DNA of 64,000 nucleotides from Chromera velia. Its lineage: Eukaryota. Positions 24,325 through 38,600 of this stretch are shown here, piece after piece. The translations under genes and the position numbers were made by a program. Position 1 is the first letter of the stretch; the number at the start of each line of letters is the position of its first letter. The notes beneath the pieces were generated by a model. It was not told the DNA's origin, made no database searches, and saw only the letters and a list, made by a program, of their open reading frames with translations. The stretch lies in NCBI GenBank assembly GCA_018398765.1, contig JAHBMJ010000344.1, positions 62,001 through 126,000 on the forward strand, in the 5' to 3' direction.

Positions 24325-25685
24325 GGAGAGAGAGAGAGAGAGAGAGAGAGAAGAAGAAGTTAGGCAGATGAGCGAAGTGAGAAGGAGAGCAGCGAAGACG
24401 ACCGTGACAAAAGAGACGTTGAAGTGAAAAAAAGAAGCAAGGAAATAGATAAATAGAGAAAGGAGATAAAAGGAAGGCAACCAATGAAGGAAGAAGAGAG
24501 CGAGGGGGGGAAAAAAGGAGGTGAAGGGGGGGATCAGGAAAGGAAGAGTGAAGAAAAGAAAGATTCCTTCGGTCTCAAGCTCCACTCTGCATGTTTCTTT
24601 CTTTTTTTTTTTGACGCACGCCACCCGTGCACCTTCCACAAGTAGATGAGTGTGCATGTCCGAATGTTCTGCTTCTTTCCGATCTTCAGTCAATCAGTCT
24701 GCCTGTCTGTGTGCTTTGATGTTTGTCTTTCATCATTCTGCTGCTGCTGCTGCTGCTGCTGACATGGGGAGTCCATCCTTGTTTCTCTTCACTTTGAGGC
24801 CCTCTGCCAGGGCGCCAAAGTAGAGATCTCTCTTGAGGGGCTCGAGGTCAGGGTCTCCTGCGTCGAAGCAGTCCCAGGCGTCAATCAAGGCAACCAGCCG
24901 GCGGGGCTGGATGGACAGCCGACAGGAGTCCCCACGAAGAAAATTCAAAACCGGATCCCGAGCACCGTCTGCGTTCCCTCAAACAAAAAAACAAATGAAT
25001 GAACAAAGAAACAAATAAATTAATTGCTTGATTGATTGCACGGAGAGAGAGAGAGGAAAGGCACTCACTCACTCACTATTCAGAGACAGGCAGGCATGCA
25101 GGAAGGTGGAACGAACAAATCTGATTGAGAGAAGGATCCTACCTGGTCTTTTTTGTTGCATGCAGTCTCTCTGAAAGAACTCTAACTCCGCATGCTCTGA
25201 GGAAAGTCATCGAGGACCCTTCCGATAAGTGGCCACATTTATGCATTCATTTACGCGCGGTCTGTTTCTTTCTTGTTCTCCTTTCCGTCGCCTACACATG
25301 TGTGAGGGTATGCAAAAAGACCGATAGACATGTACTCATACAGACACATACGAAATAATACACACATGTGTGAGGGTATGCAAAAAGACCGATAGACATG
25401 TACTCATACAGACACATAAGAAATAATACACACATGTGTGAGGGTATGCAAAAAGACCTATCATCGGATAGACGGACCGACCAGCGGGCGGGAAGGCCTC
25501 TGGGTCTGCTCCTAAGGATGCCGGCACAGGGACCTGGTAGGTCACCGTCCTTCCCTTCTGCACGATCGCCTCGGCCCCCTCCGGCAAGGAGAAGTTCCCG
25601 ACGATGTCGCAGTCCTCCTGCAGGGAAGGGGGGGGGATGGAGTCTGTGACAGACAGACAGACAGACAGACAGACAGGCAGGCAGG

Positions 25686-25719
<34 letters not shown>

Positions 25720-27525
25720 AACAAAGAAACAGACAAACAAACACAAACACAGCACCTGGGTCAGAGAAAGAGAGAGGGAGAGAGAAGAGAAGAGAAGAGA
25801 GAGCGGTAGAGAAAGAGAGAGATTTTTGTGTGTGTTGTGGAATCAAGATTTCTGTTTCTAATCTTCTCGCGATGACACCGGAGTCCATCAATCACTATGT
25901 CTGCTTGTCTGCTTGTCTGTCTGTCTGTCTGTCTGTCTGAATCACCGGGCCGACTGACTGACTGACTGACTGAATGAATGAATAAATGAGTGGAATATCT
26001 ATCGATCATGTGTGGACAGGTCCGTTCTTTTTTTCTTCTTATCTTTCCGTCCTTGATTGCGTGTGAACAAAACAGAACAAAAAGAACGCTGCCGCGTCTT
26101 TAACTCGAAGTGAGTAAATTATCGTGCATGATGAAGAACAAAAAACGAAATGCGGCTGCATGCTTTAACTTGAAGAAAAAAAATCTTTGAATGCACATTC
26201 AGTGAAGAAGAAAGAGCCTGCGGGACAAGACAACCACCTCTCGTCAGTCAGACACACCCACCCGCCGGCCTACGGAGGCAATTAAGGGGGGAGAGGCAAG
26301 GGACAAACAAACAAAAGGACAAACGCAAAGAAGTCGAACGAAGAGACGAACAGACATGCAGGCCAAAACAAGTGCCCATCCATCCATCCATCTATCCATA
26401 AATTCATGTATTCAGCCGCCCGACAGGCAGAAAGAAGCACCGACCCACCACCAAATTGAGCTCTCGCTGTTTCAATTTTTCTTGAAGCACCCGTGGGACG
26501 CTCAACAGCAGTCTATGGTTTCTGCAACCAGCAAAGCAAAGCAAACAAATCGATCGAGTGGATGGGGAGAGACACGAAGGACACACGCACACACACAATA
26601 GTCATCACAGAGAGAACCGATGCATGGACGGATGGATTGATGGATGCGTCCGCGGGTAGAGATAGAGAGAGAGAGATCTGTCCATCATGCCATTAATAGG
26701 CAACCTAGAGTGGCTGACAGAAAAAAAGATCGCCCTCCACGGGGAAGGAAGCTGAAGAAAAACAGAACCAAAAAACACAGCCGAGAGAAGCAACACTCTT
26801 CAGGCAAGTCCCCTCTCTCCAGAGGGATTCCTGCTGACACGCAGAGATCTACAACGACCAGAGTCCCTCCCTCTGAGTCCTTTTCCCTCCAGAGCTGTCT
26901 GCATCATGCATGCTCTCCCCCCTCCCCCTGCATGCTTCATTCACCCCCCGCAGATCGATCCGTCAAGGGAAGGGATTGACTGCATGTCTCTCCAGATTGA
27001 GTCGACCTGGGCTAGGGGGGCCACTTGAAGAATCAATCCTCTCCTCTCCAGTGGTCACGTCAAACAAACACAAAGGAAGGAAGGAAGGAAGGAAGGGCAA
27101 CGGTCTGTCGGTCTACCTAGGAATGTCCACGGGCTCGAGGGCGACCTCCAGAGGTTGCACATTCACGAACGGCTCGGTGGCCTTACTCTTCTCCCACAGT
27201 TTCGCTGTGTACATGTGGTCGGGTGGGGACATGTGCACCTGGACGCTGTCGGGGGGTGCGCCGTCATTGAAGCGCATCTGGGCAACCATGCGGGTATCGT
27301 ATTCTCGAACCTGCAAAAGTGCAATCAATCATCTGTTGTTTATTTCTTCTGTATGAGTGTGCATGGGGGGATAGACAAGTGTGCTTGGGGGAAGGGAGGG
27401 AATTGACAAGAACAAAGAGTGCCGCAAGCAAAAGGGCAATCAGCGCATGGGGCTTTGACTCGAAGAGAAAAACGCAACGGGGAGAAAGAGCAAAGGGGAA
27501 AAAAGAAGAGAAGAGAAGAGAAGAA

Positions 27526-27566
<41 letters not shown>

Positions 27567-27821
27567 AAGAAAGAAAAAAAGAAAGAAAGGGGGAAACAGA
27601 GAAACAGTGAAAGAAAGAAAGAAAGAAAGAAAGAAAGAAGGGCAACGAATGGAGGGACGGACGGATGGACAGACTCAGACAGACAGAAAGAGCAGGAAAA
27701 ACAAACAACGCACCGCATCGGACCCGTCCCCCCCCACCGATAATGAAAGAGGAAAAAGAAAAGTAAAACAGAACAAAGGCAAACAGGCATACATACAGAC
27801 AGACAGACAGACAGACACACA

Positions 27822-27852
<31 letters not shown>

Positions 27853-28047
27853 ACAGACAGACAGACAGACAGACAGACAGGCACAGACAGAACAGAACAG
27901 ACAGACACACAAGACAGACAGACAGACAGACAGACAGACACAGACAGACACACAAGACAGACAGACAGACAGACAGACAGAACAGACAGGCACACAAGAC
28001 AGACAGACAGACAGACAGACAGACACACAAGACAGACAGACAGACAG

Positions 28048-28097
<50 letters not shown>

Positions 28098-28973
28098 GGA
28101 CAGACGGACAGACTATACAGACAGACAGACGGACTATACAGACAGACAGACAGACAGACAGGCGGACCTGCCAAGGAAATTTTCGGAAGAGGACTCTCCA
28201 CGTCGGCCTCTCCCCCCTGGGCCCCGACCCAAGCCACGAAGGATGCCACCAGTCCCAGTAACCCGGCAGGACCGCGTCAACATACAGCCTCCCGAGGGAG
28301 TAGGGACAGTTGTACTCCATCACCTCGTCGATCACAAACCCGCACCGGGAGACGGATAACGGCACACGGCGGCATTTGATGCGTGCGTCAATCGGTAAGG
28401 TCACCCGTGGGTCCTCAAACAACGGCCACGGCCAACGTCCATGGAGTTTATACGTGACCCTCAGTTCAATCAGACCGTCTTCCGTTTCCGTCTCCTTCCT
28501 CACTTCCCACACATACAACGAGGGGCTCCCGAACGTTCTTCCCAGCTGGCTTACTCGAGACACAATGGCCTCAAGACCTTCCAGGCATTCCCATTTCTCC
28601 TTCAGAGAGTCGATGTACTCGTTACTCTCCTTTCCCTCCACCTCATTTTTCCAAAACGCAGCAGAAGCCTCGACATCCCTCTGAGGCGACAGAGACGCCA
28701 TCTGTTGGACAAAACGACGTACTGACGTCTGGACGTCAAACAACGGCTCTGCCTTCTGGAACGGCCTGGCTTGATACCACCTGGCGGTCCCTCTCCCTCG
28801 ACTTCCTTTCCCTCCACCCGTCTGCTGACCCCCACTCCCACTGTCAGGCAGGAGGTTGCTGCCCAGCAGTTCGAACAACGGCGCGCTGTCTCCAGAGAGA
28901 GCGCCAAGCACCGCCCTCTCCAGCGCTTGGGCAACTTGCCACCCTGCACGCACACACACACACACACACAAAC

Positions 28974-29014
<41 letters not shown>

Positions 29015-29035
29015 CACACACACATACACATACAT

Positions 29036-29077
<42 letters not shown>

Positions 29078-30644
29078 ACACTCCAACACAAACATATCCT
29101 TCCTTCGTGTTCTTCATTGTGTAAAATTTGTGGAGCGTCGCAAACAACGTTGTTCAATCCAATTCTTTCAATTCTAATTCAGTCTCCCAAATTTTTGGGT
29201 ATATTACCACAATATTTATCATCTTCATCATAGGAATGTATGAGTGAATTCCTTCCTTCCTTCCTTTATTCCTTTCTTCTTTTCTTTCTTTCTTTGTTCC
29301 TTTCTCCCTTCCTTCCTTCCTTTCAGTGCGCTGTAGATATACCATGTTTGCTGAACGTTGAGTTTCTGCTTCCACGGGGGAGGTAGGGGGGGGGCAGGTG
29401 GCTTCTTTTGCAATGCAACACTGTCCTTCCGAAAGGCAGGGAAGGACGGCAAGGAGAGGGGTAGTCAGGGGCGACTTTCTTGCGCAACGAGCGGGAGGAG
29501 AAGAAGTGAAATGAGGGCTGGTTCTAGACCCACACTCTCTGTCTAGGTATCTTTCTATCTATCTGTCTATCTCTCTGTCTATTTATCTATTTTTCCCTCT
29601 CGAGCACGGCAAGACAAAGTACGATCAAGAGTGAAATGAAATCGAATGACTGACGAACATCTCATGCAGGAAGCGCTAGGATGACCTCACTTGCAAATAA
29701 AAAGAATGCACATACAGACAGGCTGTCATCGTGTTGCAAGATCTGTCAGCCCCCAATGACGCCAGCCACAGTGTCTGACAAGGATCTATCTGTACACGCA
29801 AACGTGTCAAGATGAAGGAAGATAAATGCAGTTCAGTGTCACAAGACCCCAAGACTCCTTACTGGTCGTCTCTACGTGCCTTTCAACAATCCGAACCTAT
29901 GCCCGCATTCATACATACTAAGAAAAAGAAAGTCAAATTCAGATGGTCTCTCTGACCTCCGCGTCTGAGCCGACTGACTGACTGACCTGTGGTGTTTGTG
30001 TGTCTATCAATTCTCGGGTTCCCCCTGTGGGAGTCCGGCCATTCTGGGTGAGGCACTTGCACCATCGAGTAGGCAGCGCCCGTGAGCCATTTGTCGTCTT
30101 CGCCTCCCTCAAGAGTGATGTACTCTCCTGTATCTGCTGTCAACTGTTCTGCCTCTTTTCCAGTTTTCTGAAGCAACTGGAGCCTTCTTGACCTCCCAAG
30201 AGGCACAGCCATCGGCCACGTGATTCTCTTTTTTTTGCGATACGCAATCAAGTCTTCAGGCAGACGGTACTGGTCGTCTCCGGTCTTTGAACTTGAAGGC
30301 GGTGTTGTTGTTTTTGTTTGGAGTCCCTCACTCCCTCCCCCCCCTTCTCCCTCTCTGTCTGACTCCGCCAAGCTTACAGAGTGAGAACGCGAACCCGGCA
30401 GGTAGTCTTCCTGCCGTCTCCGATGCCACGGACCTGACCGCCCCACCCGCAGAAAGGATCCTTGAAACTCGCCCCCCCCCTCCCCAGCACTGTGCAAAAA
30501 AGAGAGAGACGTCGCCAAGCCGTCTCTCTTTCTGTGTGTGTGTTGCCGTCTCCTTGGAAAGTTGTTCAGATTGCCGTCTCGAGGAAGCTGTTCTGCACTG
30601 CCGCCTAGGCAGAATAGAAAAAGACAAAGCTGCAAAGCCACCAT
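23553..30644 (-). CDS. SOUL heme-binding-like protein with an N-terminal DUF2358/SnoaL-like domain and a targeting leader; exons 30644-29987, 28943-28168, 27310-27117, 26521-26449, 25617-25482, 24968-24764, 24284-24147, 23631-23553
   Basis: Phase-consistent GT-AG model with signal peptide [38 protein letters not shown] is DUF2358-like. [28 protein letters not shown] and terminal [10 protein letters not shown] resemble SOUL start, middle and RRNE-end motifs. Domain calls were made by eye. Confidence 0.7.
25294..25458. repeat. 68-bp intronic tandem repeat (about 2.4 copies)
   Basis: ACACATGTGTGAGGGTATGCAAAAAGACC occurs three times, separated by GATAGACATGTACTCATACAGACACATA(C/A)GAAATAATAC. Confidence 0.9.
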
Positions 30645-31389
30645 TGTCAAGTTGATAAGATTGTTGAAGGCACAGTCAAGGGGAAGACCGTAGGAAAGAG
30701 AAGCGACTGTTACTAAAAAAAAGCGGCCGTGCCTGCAGACTAACTTCTCCTTCCGTGTGTTGCCCGACAGAGTAATTGCACACTCTGTCCCCTTCAAATT
30801 CCGCAGTGACAAACACGGTCAACCAGTCTACTGCAACCAGTGCTGTTCCCTGAGGTAAAATGGTGTCATGGCGGGTCGATCGGTGTGCGATAGCTCATGC
30901 TGTCAATATCTGTCAATTGCTGTCATCGGAAGAATTCGGATGATCATTCAATGCGTGTTGCACGCGTACGCTGTTTTTAATTTTTGTCATGCATGCATGC
31001 AGGTGAACACGACCGGGCGCATCGCGAGCGCGCGCTCCGCGATTTTTGTTTTTTTAATTTTTTTACTTTTGTCTGCATTTTTTTGCATGCAGGCATGCAT
31101 GCATGATTTCTGGCAACCTCCGGATGTATATATATACACCGGCCTCAATATTCGTTCAACTTCCCTATCATGCAGACTGTGCGACTGAGTGAGGAATCAG
31201 ATCAAGAGATCATCAACTGGAGAGAGCTCCATGCGGCCACTTAGAGCGGATCGTCTATAGGGTGAGCCCTTTTGTTTGAAGTGCATGGGACGTCAAAATG
31301 AAGTTGTCAGATTCAACTGTTGGTTACACCACGTGAAGCCGTCTTTGTATGTGTTTTTCGTCTCCAGTAACTTTGGTTGACTCACCGAA

Positions 31390-34300
31390 ATGGATTTTTC
31401 ACTGTGTTGCTGCGATGAAAGGCGTCGAAAAACCTGGAGGAGGGAGCAGAAAATATCCGCAAGAGACAGGAGCTCTTCGTTGTTTCGACCAGAGACGGTC
31501 GGAGTCCAAAGAAATCAATGGGACACCCAAAGGTCTCTTCTAAGGCAGGCAATTTTGCCCTCGACAAGATTTTCCTTCCTTCAAGGTGGAGAGGTGCTAC
31601 GCCGTCAACGGCTGAGTCGAGACTTCAAAAACCCCAAAAGCACCCGAAACTCCCCCCCCACGTCTCTTGTTCTCTCCCCCATCCCCCCTTCAGATGTTAT
31701 TTCCTTCCCACTCCACACAAAGAGCTCAACGCCCCTGAACCAGAAATTCGGAGAATGCGGCTCCCTTCCCCTTCCCCTGGTGAGCCCTGTCGACCCCCAC
31801 GGTCGTCCCTCTGTGTCTGCCCCGCAGAATCAAGTAGATTCCAAAACTTCGAATTATTTTTGGTCCACCGAGTCCGAGGAGGAGGAGGAGACGGATTCTC
31901 GAGAGGATACAAACACAACGACCGCGAGAATATTGTCACCTTCGAAGACATTCTCGGCCTCCGAGTATTGGTGCACGGATTCCGAAGAAACGGACTCGCA
32001 GAGCGACCAGCACAGGGACTCTCTGGCCGCCTCAGAATCCGAAGGAGATGCCGTACCACTACAAGAAGGGTCAAAAAGAGAGGGAGGGGAGAAAAAGAGG
32101 GAAATAAATCATTTGAGCTTCCGACACACTGTTTCTTCGCCTTTCTCAGTCTCCTCCTCTTCTGCCCCTGCCGCTTCAAGAAGAGCGTTCTCTTCCTCTT
32201 TTTCCCTCCTGGGTGGGGACGACCAAAATTCGAGTTTGTTGTCCTTTTTTGGTTTTGGTGTTTTTGGAGGGAGAGGAAGAAGCAGTGCGCCTGCCGAGTG
32301 TTTAGAAGGAATGGAGCAGGGAGCAGTAGACAGAGAAACGAAAAGGGGAAAAGAGGGGAAAAGGGAAAGGGGGGCAGAAAAGATCAAAAAAACAGACAGG
32401 AAGGGGGGGGCAAGGGAAACAGGAGAAACAGGAGAAAGAGGGGAGAGGGAACGAGGGCAGAGGCTGAGGAAGAGACTCGAGAGACTTTCAGCTCTTCTCT
32501 CGTCGCTTGCGGATCAGGTCTGTCCGTTTTCCTTTCCTCTTTTCTCACTTAATTAGCCATCCATATTGTGTATACAGGTTGATGATCAAGAACGGGGCGT
32601 TGCTCCTTGACTGCATGTTGTGTCCTCCCTCTCGATACTGTATGCGGTCCATGCAATAGCATCTGGCCAGGGGTGTTGTCAGACATAGAATTCTCCCTCG
32701 GGTGTTGTCAGACAGGTGCGTGTATTTACTTTCATACAGAATTGTTTTTCCCTATGTATGAAAGTAAATACATGATCTGTATGAAAGTAAATACATACTC
32801 AATTCTCCCTCGGGTGTTGTCAGACAGGAGGGATGGATGGAGGATGGATGAGTGGATGGATAGAAGGATCGACTGGGAATCTTTTGCACCTATTGCTGAC
32901 CACTGCCTTCTGAATCAATATCGGGCAGTGTAGGTCAGTTTGTTGTTTTGCCCATCTCCGGAAACAAATCAGTTTTCTGTCTGATATCATACGAGATTGT
33001 TTGTACAGCAGGTACGCTGTGTGTCTTCCCGCGCTTTTTGAGAGAAGCAGGCAAGCTAGCGGGTTTGCTTGTCAATCAACAGATCGAGTGACTTATATTT
33101 TCCATCTGTTGTGTGTGTAACAACTTTGACGGGAGACGAATTAAACGATTTGGTAATGATTTCGTTTTTCTTTCTAGACAAATCAACAGCTCCTCTCCCT
33201 CCCTCCCTGCCTGCCTTTCTGCCTTCTTTCTGCCTTGAGGGAGGTGTGCAGGTGGACTCTTCCCTGCAGGTCGATGGAGGGGAAGGGGGAGGGTATAGGA
33301 CTGGAAATATGAGGAGTATGGGCACGCGGTCTGGTTCTTCAAGTGAACAGGGGGACGGTACGCATTCGCCTTCACATTCTGGGTCTGTCGTTTGGAGGGG
33401 TAACCGTTCAAGGAAGAACTCCGGGTTCTTTCCTTTTTGGTCCTCCTGGTTTTCCCTCAGTCCTTCGGATTCTATCAAAAAGGGAGAAGGAAAGAGGGCG
33501 GACAGAGAAAGAGAAAGAGGGAATCTGACAGAGAGGAGACACACACGGCTTCTTCTGGCACGTCTAACCTCTCTGCAATCCCAGGTGGCGGCAGAGAGAG
33601 AGAAGTTCAGGAAATTGGACAGACACATCCGGACAGCTGCAGGACTTTCGAGTGACCCCTCTGGTGATTCCAGTCCTTGTCCTTGGTCTTCTCTCCACTC
33701 TCCATCAAATTTCAAAGCCTCCACTGTTAGAGTGACTCAGACTGAAAACACAGGGGGGATTCCTTCCGGATCCCTCCGTTCTCCTCCTTGCCTTCTGTCT
33801 GAGAGTCCTCAAGGAGAGACAAAATCAACGAGAGTGAGAATCTGTCCAGCGAGCAAACCGACTCTTCCGCTTTCTGTTTCTCAAAGCGCAGCAGAGGGAG
33901 CAATGGAAGAAGAGAAAGAGAGGAGGAAGAGGGGCATTCACACGGCCGAAGCAGAGAGAAAAGAGGGCATTGTCACTTCGTCTCCCTTCCCCTCTCCCCC
34001 CCCTCCTTGGTCGTCTGAATCCTCCCGAGCTGACCGAGCTCCAGCCTTCATCGCGATGCTCGGTGGGGACAGAGAAGAAGAGGGGGGACGAAAAGAGAAG
34101 ATCAATGCATCAGGGGAAGAAGAGGAGGAGGGGGGGGGGAAGAGATCCAAAAGAGGGAGGCAAGACGGACAGCAGACTCAGTCCCCCCGTCTTCCTCTTC
34201 CTTTTCTCATGGAAGCTGGCGATGACCTCGAGAGGTTGATGACAGGACTGAAGAAAAGGGAAAAAAATGCAGAGGTACGTACGTTGAAGCAGTTTTGTTT

Positions 34301-36901
34301 TTCAAAACAACAAACAGAGAGAAATCGAACATGCAGACACTGTTTTGTTCGTTGTGAAAATTTGATGTGTGTATGTGACTGATTGTATGTATCTCTGGCT
34401 GAATGCGTTTCCCTTTTTGACGGTCTCGCATGCCTCCCGCACTGTCTACACACCGCCTCTTTCACGCGCACATTTGCGTGCAAACCAATGCGTAAGCGTG
34501 TGTGTGACTCTGTGTGTGTATGTGTGTGTGTGTGCGTCTATGCATGTTTGCATGTACATGTGTATGTGTATGTGTGTGTGTGTGTGCGTGTGTGTGTGTA
34601 TGTGTGCGTCTACGTATGTTTGCATGTACATGTGTATGTGTGTGTGAGTGTGCGTCTACGTATGTTTGCATGTACATGTGTGTGTGTGTGTGTGTGTGTG
34701 TGCTTCTGCGAGTTGTGCAGACTTTGCGGAGATCTGTTGCAGGTGTGATGAGAGAGGCCTCCTCTTCCTCTTCTCAAGCCGGCGCCTTCTCGTTTCCCTT
34801 CTCCTCCATGGGGTTTGGTCAGACCTCTTCTGGCGTGTTTCCTCCCCCACCTCCTCATTTTGTTAGGAGACACAGAGGGAATGGGGGGGGGCAGGGGAAA
34901 GCACGGTCGCGTTCTGAGTCTGAGAAGGAGACTCAGTGTTTTGAGGGTCAGAAGGTGCTTCGCTTGAAAGGGAAAGGCATGGGGACAGATAAATTTATTG
35001 ATACGAGCAGCGTGGCTGTTCCTCTAAATGAAAGCATCAGAGCTGCAGTGCGTCATTCTGCTTTCTCGTCTCTTCTCTTTCCTCCCTCACCGAGGACAGG
35101 AGAGACTGCTGAACCTTCAATGAGGAAGTCGGGTTTTTCATTTTCTGTGAAAGAACAAACAAGTGCATGCTTGCCGGAGAGACGGGAGATGAGCTGCGGA
35201 GTGAAGAAAAAAGAGGATGGAAGAAAACAAGGGAGCCAGAGAATCTTTTTGAGACAGAGAGAAAGCCGAGGGCAGGAAGAGAGGGGTGTGGAAGGAGAAG
35301 TGGCATGCAGCGGAAGTCAGATGGAAGAGAGACCTCCACGAGAGAGAGAAACTTTTGTTGGAGGGACTCAACGTGATGAGGAAACGAGAATGAATGGGGA
35401 AAGAGCAAAATTAATAGAAAGAAGACGCAGATGGGGAAGAAGGAGATCGCCAGATGGCAGTTCCAACAAGAGTAAGGAAGGGGACACACCTTCGTGTCAT
35501 CCTCAAGGCCCTTTTCCGATTCAGGACCACAGACGGAGATGCAGAGAGACCGAGAGAGAGAGACAAAGCGTCTCGCAGAGAGGGCGGGGGAGGCAGAGAA
35601 GGTGGGGGAAGAATGGAGTTTCGGCTGCTGACGGGATCTCTGATGAGCCTAGTCTCTCTGTCGAAGATGTCTGAACAAAGAGATCGTCCTTAGAGAAAGC
35701 AGGAGAGGAAGAGGGAAAGGATACACGCACAGATGGGTTCACATTTTACGCACGAGAACAGAGGCAGGTGGCCAAAGAGAGCTGGAAAGACAGGCATGTT
35801 TCCATGGGTGGGAAACAACAAAGCAGGGTTTCCATAGAAGAAGAAGACAAAAGACGTTCAAGTCTCCTTTCCCCGATTGCAGCAGCAGTAGCATTAGTCA
35901 GAGGAGGAGACGGAGGAAGGAAAATGCGCAATGAACCATCGAAAGGACAACGAGACGAGACGGCAAGAGGTCCAAAGAGACAGGATTCAGCTCTCAGTCC
36001 AAGTTCAGAAGAGACCATCCCTGCAAGCAAAGGACAGTTTGACGATTCCCCTTTCCCTTCTCCCTCTAACACCTCACTTTGCCTACACATCCCGGAGTCC
36101 CCCTACACTCTCACGAGTGAATCCTGCTCTTGCACTTCTTCTCCTCTCCCCCCTTCTCGCATGGGGCCGAGTCATTTGAAGCAGAAGCCCTTTCTCTCGG
36201 CGGACAAAGGACCGAAAGCAAAACCCACAAGCATCGAGGACAAAGTCGGCAAGTCTCCACAGGCAGAACAAGCCTGCCGCTCCGAAAGGGCAGAGGGAGA
36301 CCACAGTGGAGAAACCAAACTAACAAAAGAAGTTCAAGACAAAACCACTGACACTCCCATCCCCCCCACCAAGCCCAAGTACAGCAAATCCGATCATGAC
36401 CATCTCATCAACGACCTGCCACGAGAAACAGACTTGGAGCCCACACGACAGCAACACGAGGAAAAAGAGGAAAATCAACGGAGGGCGGACGCTGACTGCG
36501 CGACCGTTCCCACGGTTCAACTCCAACTTCCACCGGGAGATGACCCAGAAACAAGACCCGTCTTCGACAATCCGAGCGAGTGCTGCTCGCCAGGCACCCT
36601 GACTGAAGCTGACTCCCCCCCCCCTCTCTCTGCAGCCCCGGTTTCAGCCAAGAAAACTGTTACAGAGGAACGAGGGATCTTCACAGCCCGAGTGAAGGAG
36701 CGGAAAAGAGGGGAGGGAGAGGCTTTCGAGCTCAAAAAGGGGGCCCGTAAGTCTGAAAGCGCAAGTGGCTCATGCCCAGACCCGCAGAAACAGAAGGCAA
36801 CGACGTCCTTCCAAGGTGCCCGTCCTGCATCACGATCTCTCTTTAACTTTTCTGCTTATTTCTCGTCATCCCAGAATAGTCAGCAGAAGAGACCGCCGTG
36901 A
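31390..36901 (+). CDS. Long Ser/Glu/Arg-rich low-complexity hypothetical protein with short coiled coils; exons 31390-32517, 33270-34274, 34721-35674 (in-frame continuation to 36901)
   Basis: Long ORFs join by phase-0 GT-AG introns. One in-frame TGA at 35672 separates the last two ORFs. No domain recognised. Confidence 0.65.
32689..32828. repeat. Hairpin insert family copy 6 between 28-bp direct repeats
   Basis: AATTCTCCCTCGGGTGTTGTCAGACAGG at 32689 and 32801. Perfect 18-bp inverted repeat TGTATTTACTTTCATACA (32721-32738) / TGTATGAAAGTAAATACA, the latter present twice (32755 and 32778). Confidence 0.92.
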
Positions 36902-38600
36902 TTGATGACAAACAATGAAGATAATACTATAGATTTCAAATCTTTGATATCTTCTGTTGAAATATAAAAATCTAATCAGCACCATTATTTAGCATCAGAG
37001 TCATCATTGGCCTATAAATGAGTATCTAGCATTTAGATGGTTTTATAAAGAGCTTAGAGCTATATATAAACACACTGCTAAAAAAGTTTTTTCTATTATT
37101 TTTTGGGTTATAAAACCTATATCGGTGTCAGACTGAAACCACGCTAAGGATCATACATATATATATGCGTGATGATAAACTATGATACACATATATATAT
37201 GCATTATAAAATTAGCACTAGAATTAGCATTGGTTACAATGATTGAATCATTAATGATGATTATATGCGATCTAGTATGCAATAATATTGCTAAAGGATG
37301 CTGTATATATGATCACAAAATTTGTAAGCATTTGTTTTAAGTATAATAATGATCGATTAAAAAAAAAAAAGAAAATGGATAGCAACATTAACAAAAGCAT
37401 AAAAAATCAGATGCTTCTAGTCATATGCAAAATTCTATGGCATATTTATTTATCTTATGTGGCACTGCTAGTGGCACTTGTATGTATTGCATCCACAACG
37501 GAACATTGTACATGCATGAAGCAAATGTCATTAAAGATCATGCCCTATCGATCCCAATGAGTTTCCTGAAACATCAAACATGCACCGGACCAATGCACAG
37601 CCAATAAAGGCTACTCAGCCGGATGAAAACGTACGGTAAACGGCAGTAGCTTCTCCTGTTATCATGATTTTCTTTGAATGCTTTCTATACCCTTTAGAGG
37701 AGAGATGCAATGGCAGACGACATCAGACGACCAAGAGAAAGCAGGAATGATGGAAGGGGGGGTTAAACCACAAAGCGGGGAACGGAAAAGAGAACACTCA
37801 GAGGGACGAAAGTTTTTCACTTGAAGGAAGTCGATTTGGCATTCAAATCAAGTACATGCTTGTGACATGAAATGGTCCTTGCAGCAAGAAAAGGATGCAT
37901 GCACAATAGATGCAGACACATTGAATGCGAGACCAGTATCATGCCAGAGAATCTTGCATGTATGCACACGAACCGGTCAAGTAAATCTCTACAAGTTCTG
38001 GGGGCAGCGCATTAGTTCTCCCTCCCTCAAGCTTGGCAAGTCTGCTTGCAATTTTTACAAAGGCAAAACAAGAGTCTGAAGGATTCTCTTTCTCTCCCAC
38101 ACACACGCTCGCTCCTCAAACAAGCATGCTCTACGGGGCCCAGTCGGGCAACAAGAGGCACGTGCAAGGAAAAGAGAAAGAGAGGACGGCAAAGCAAAGG
38201 CAGAGGCAGAGGCAGACAGAAGAAGGCGTAAGTTTGATTCTTTATCAAGTCTTAGAACATCTCATTGCAAGAGCTCGAATCGAGAGCAGGCTGTCACAGG
38301 GCTCACGTACTTCCTTCTTCCTTCATCTTTTCTGAATACAGGCTCATGCAGCCTGCCTGCACGATAAGTATGATACAGAACGACTCGATTAGTGTGTCAT
38401 GCAGGGCCCCGCGTGCCGAGTACGGTCCCCTCATATGACGTCGATCGACAGACAGGTAAAGTTGAACTTTCAAAGACAAAAACGAATCGGATCGTTGTAA
38501 AGCCCCCCCCCAAACACGCGGTTCCTCTCCACTTTCTTCTATGAACCCCGTGCAGATCATCCTGTCGCCCCCACGGTGCATGCATCGAGCAAAACCCATG

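Noticed and set aside
25143..25196. Extra exon candidate in the SOUL-like gene
   Set aside because: It is frame-neutral and the flanking exons join without it, so it cannot be supported without RNA data.
27319..28359. Long QTDR/VCLS-repeat ORFs, including the tail of the 605-aa ORF
   Set aside because: Intronic (AGAC)n and (AG)n tracts; only 28168-28943 is exonic.
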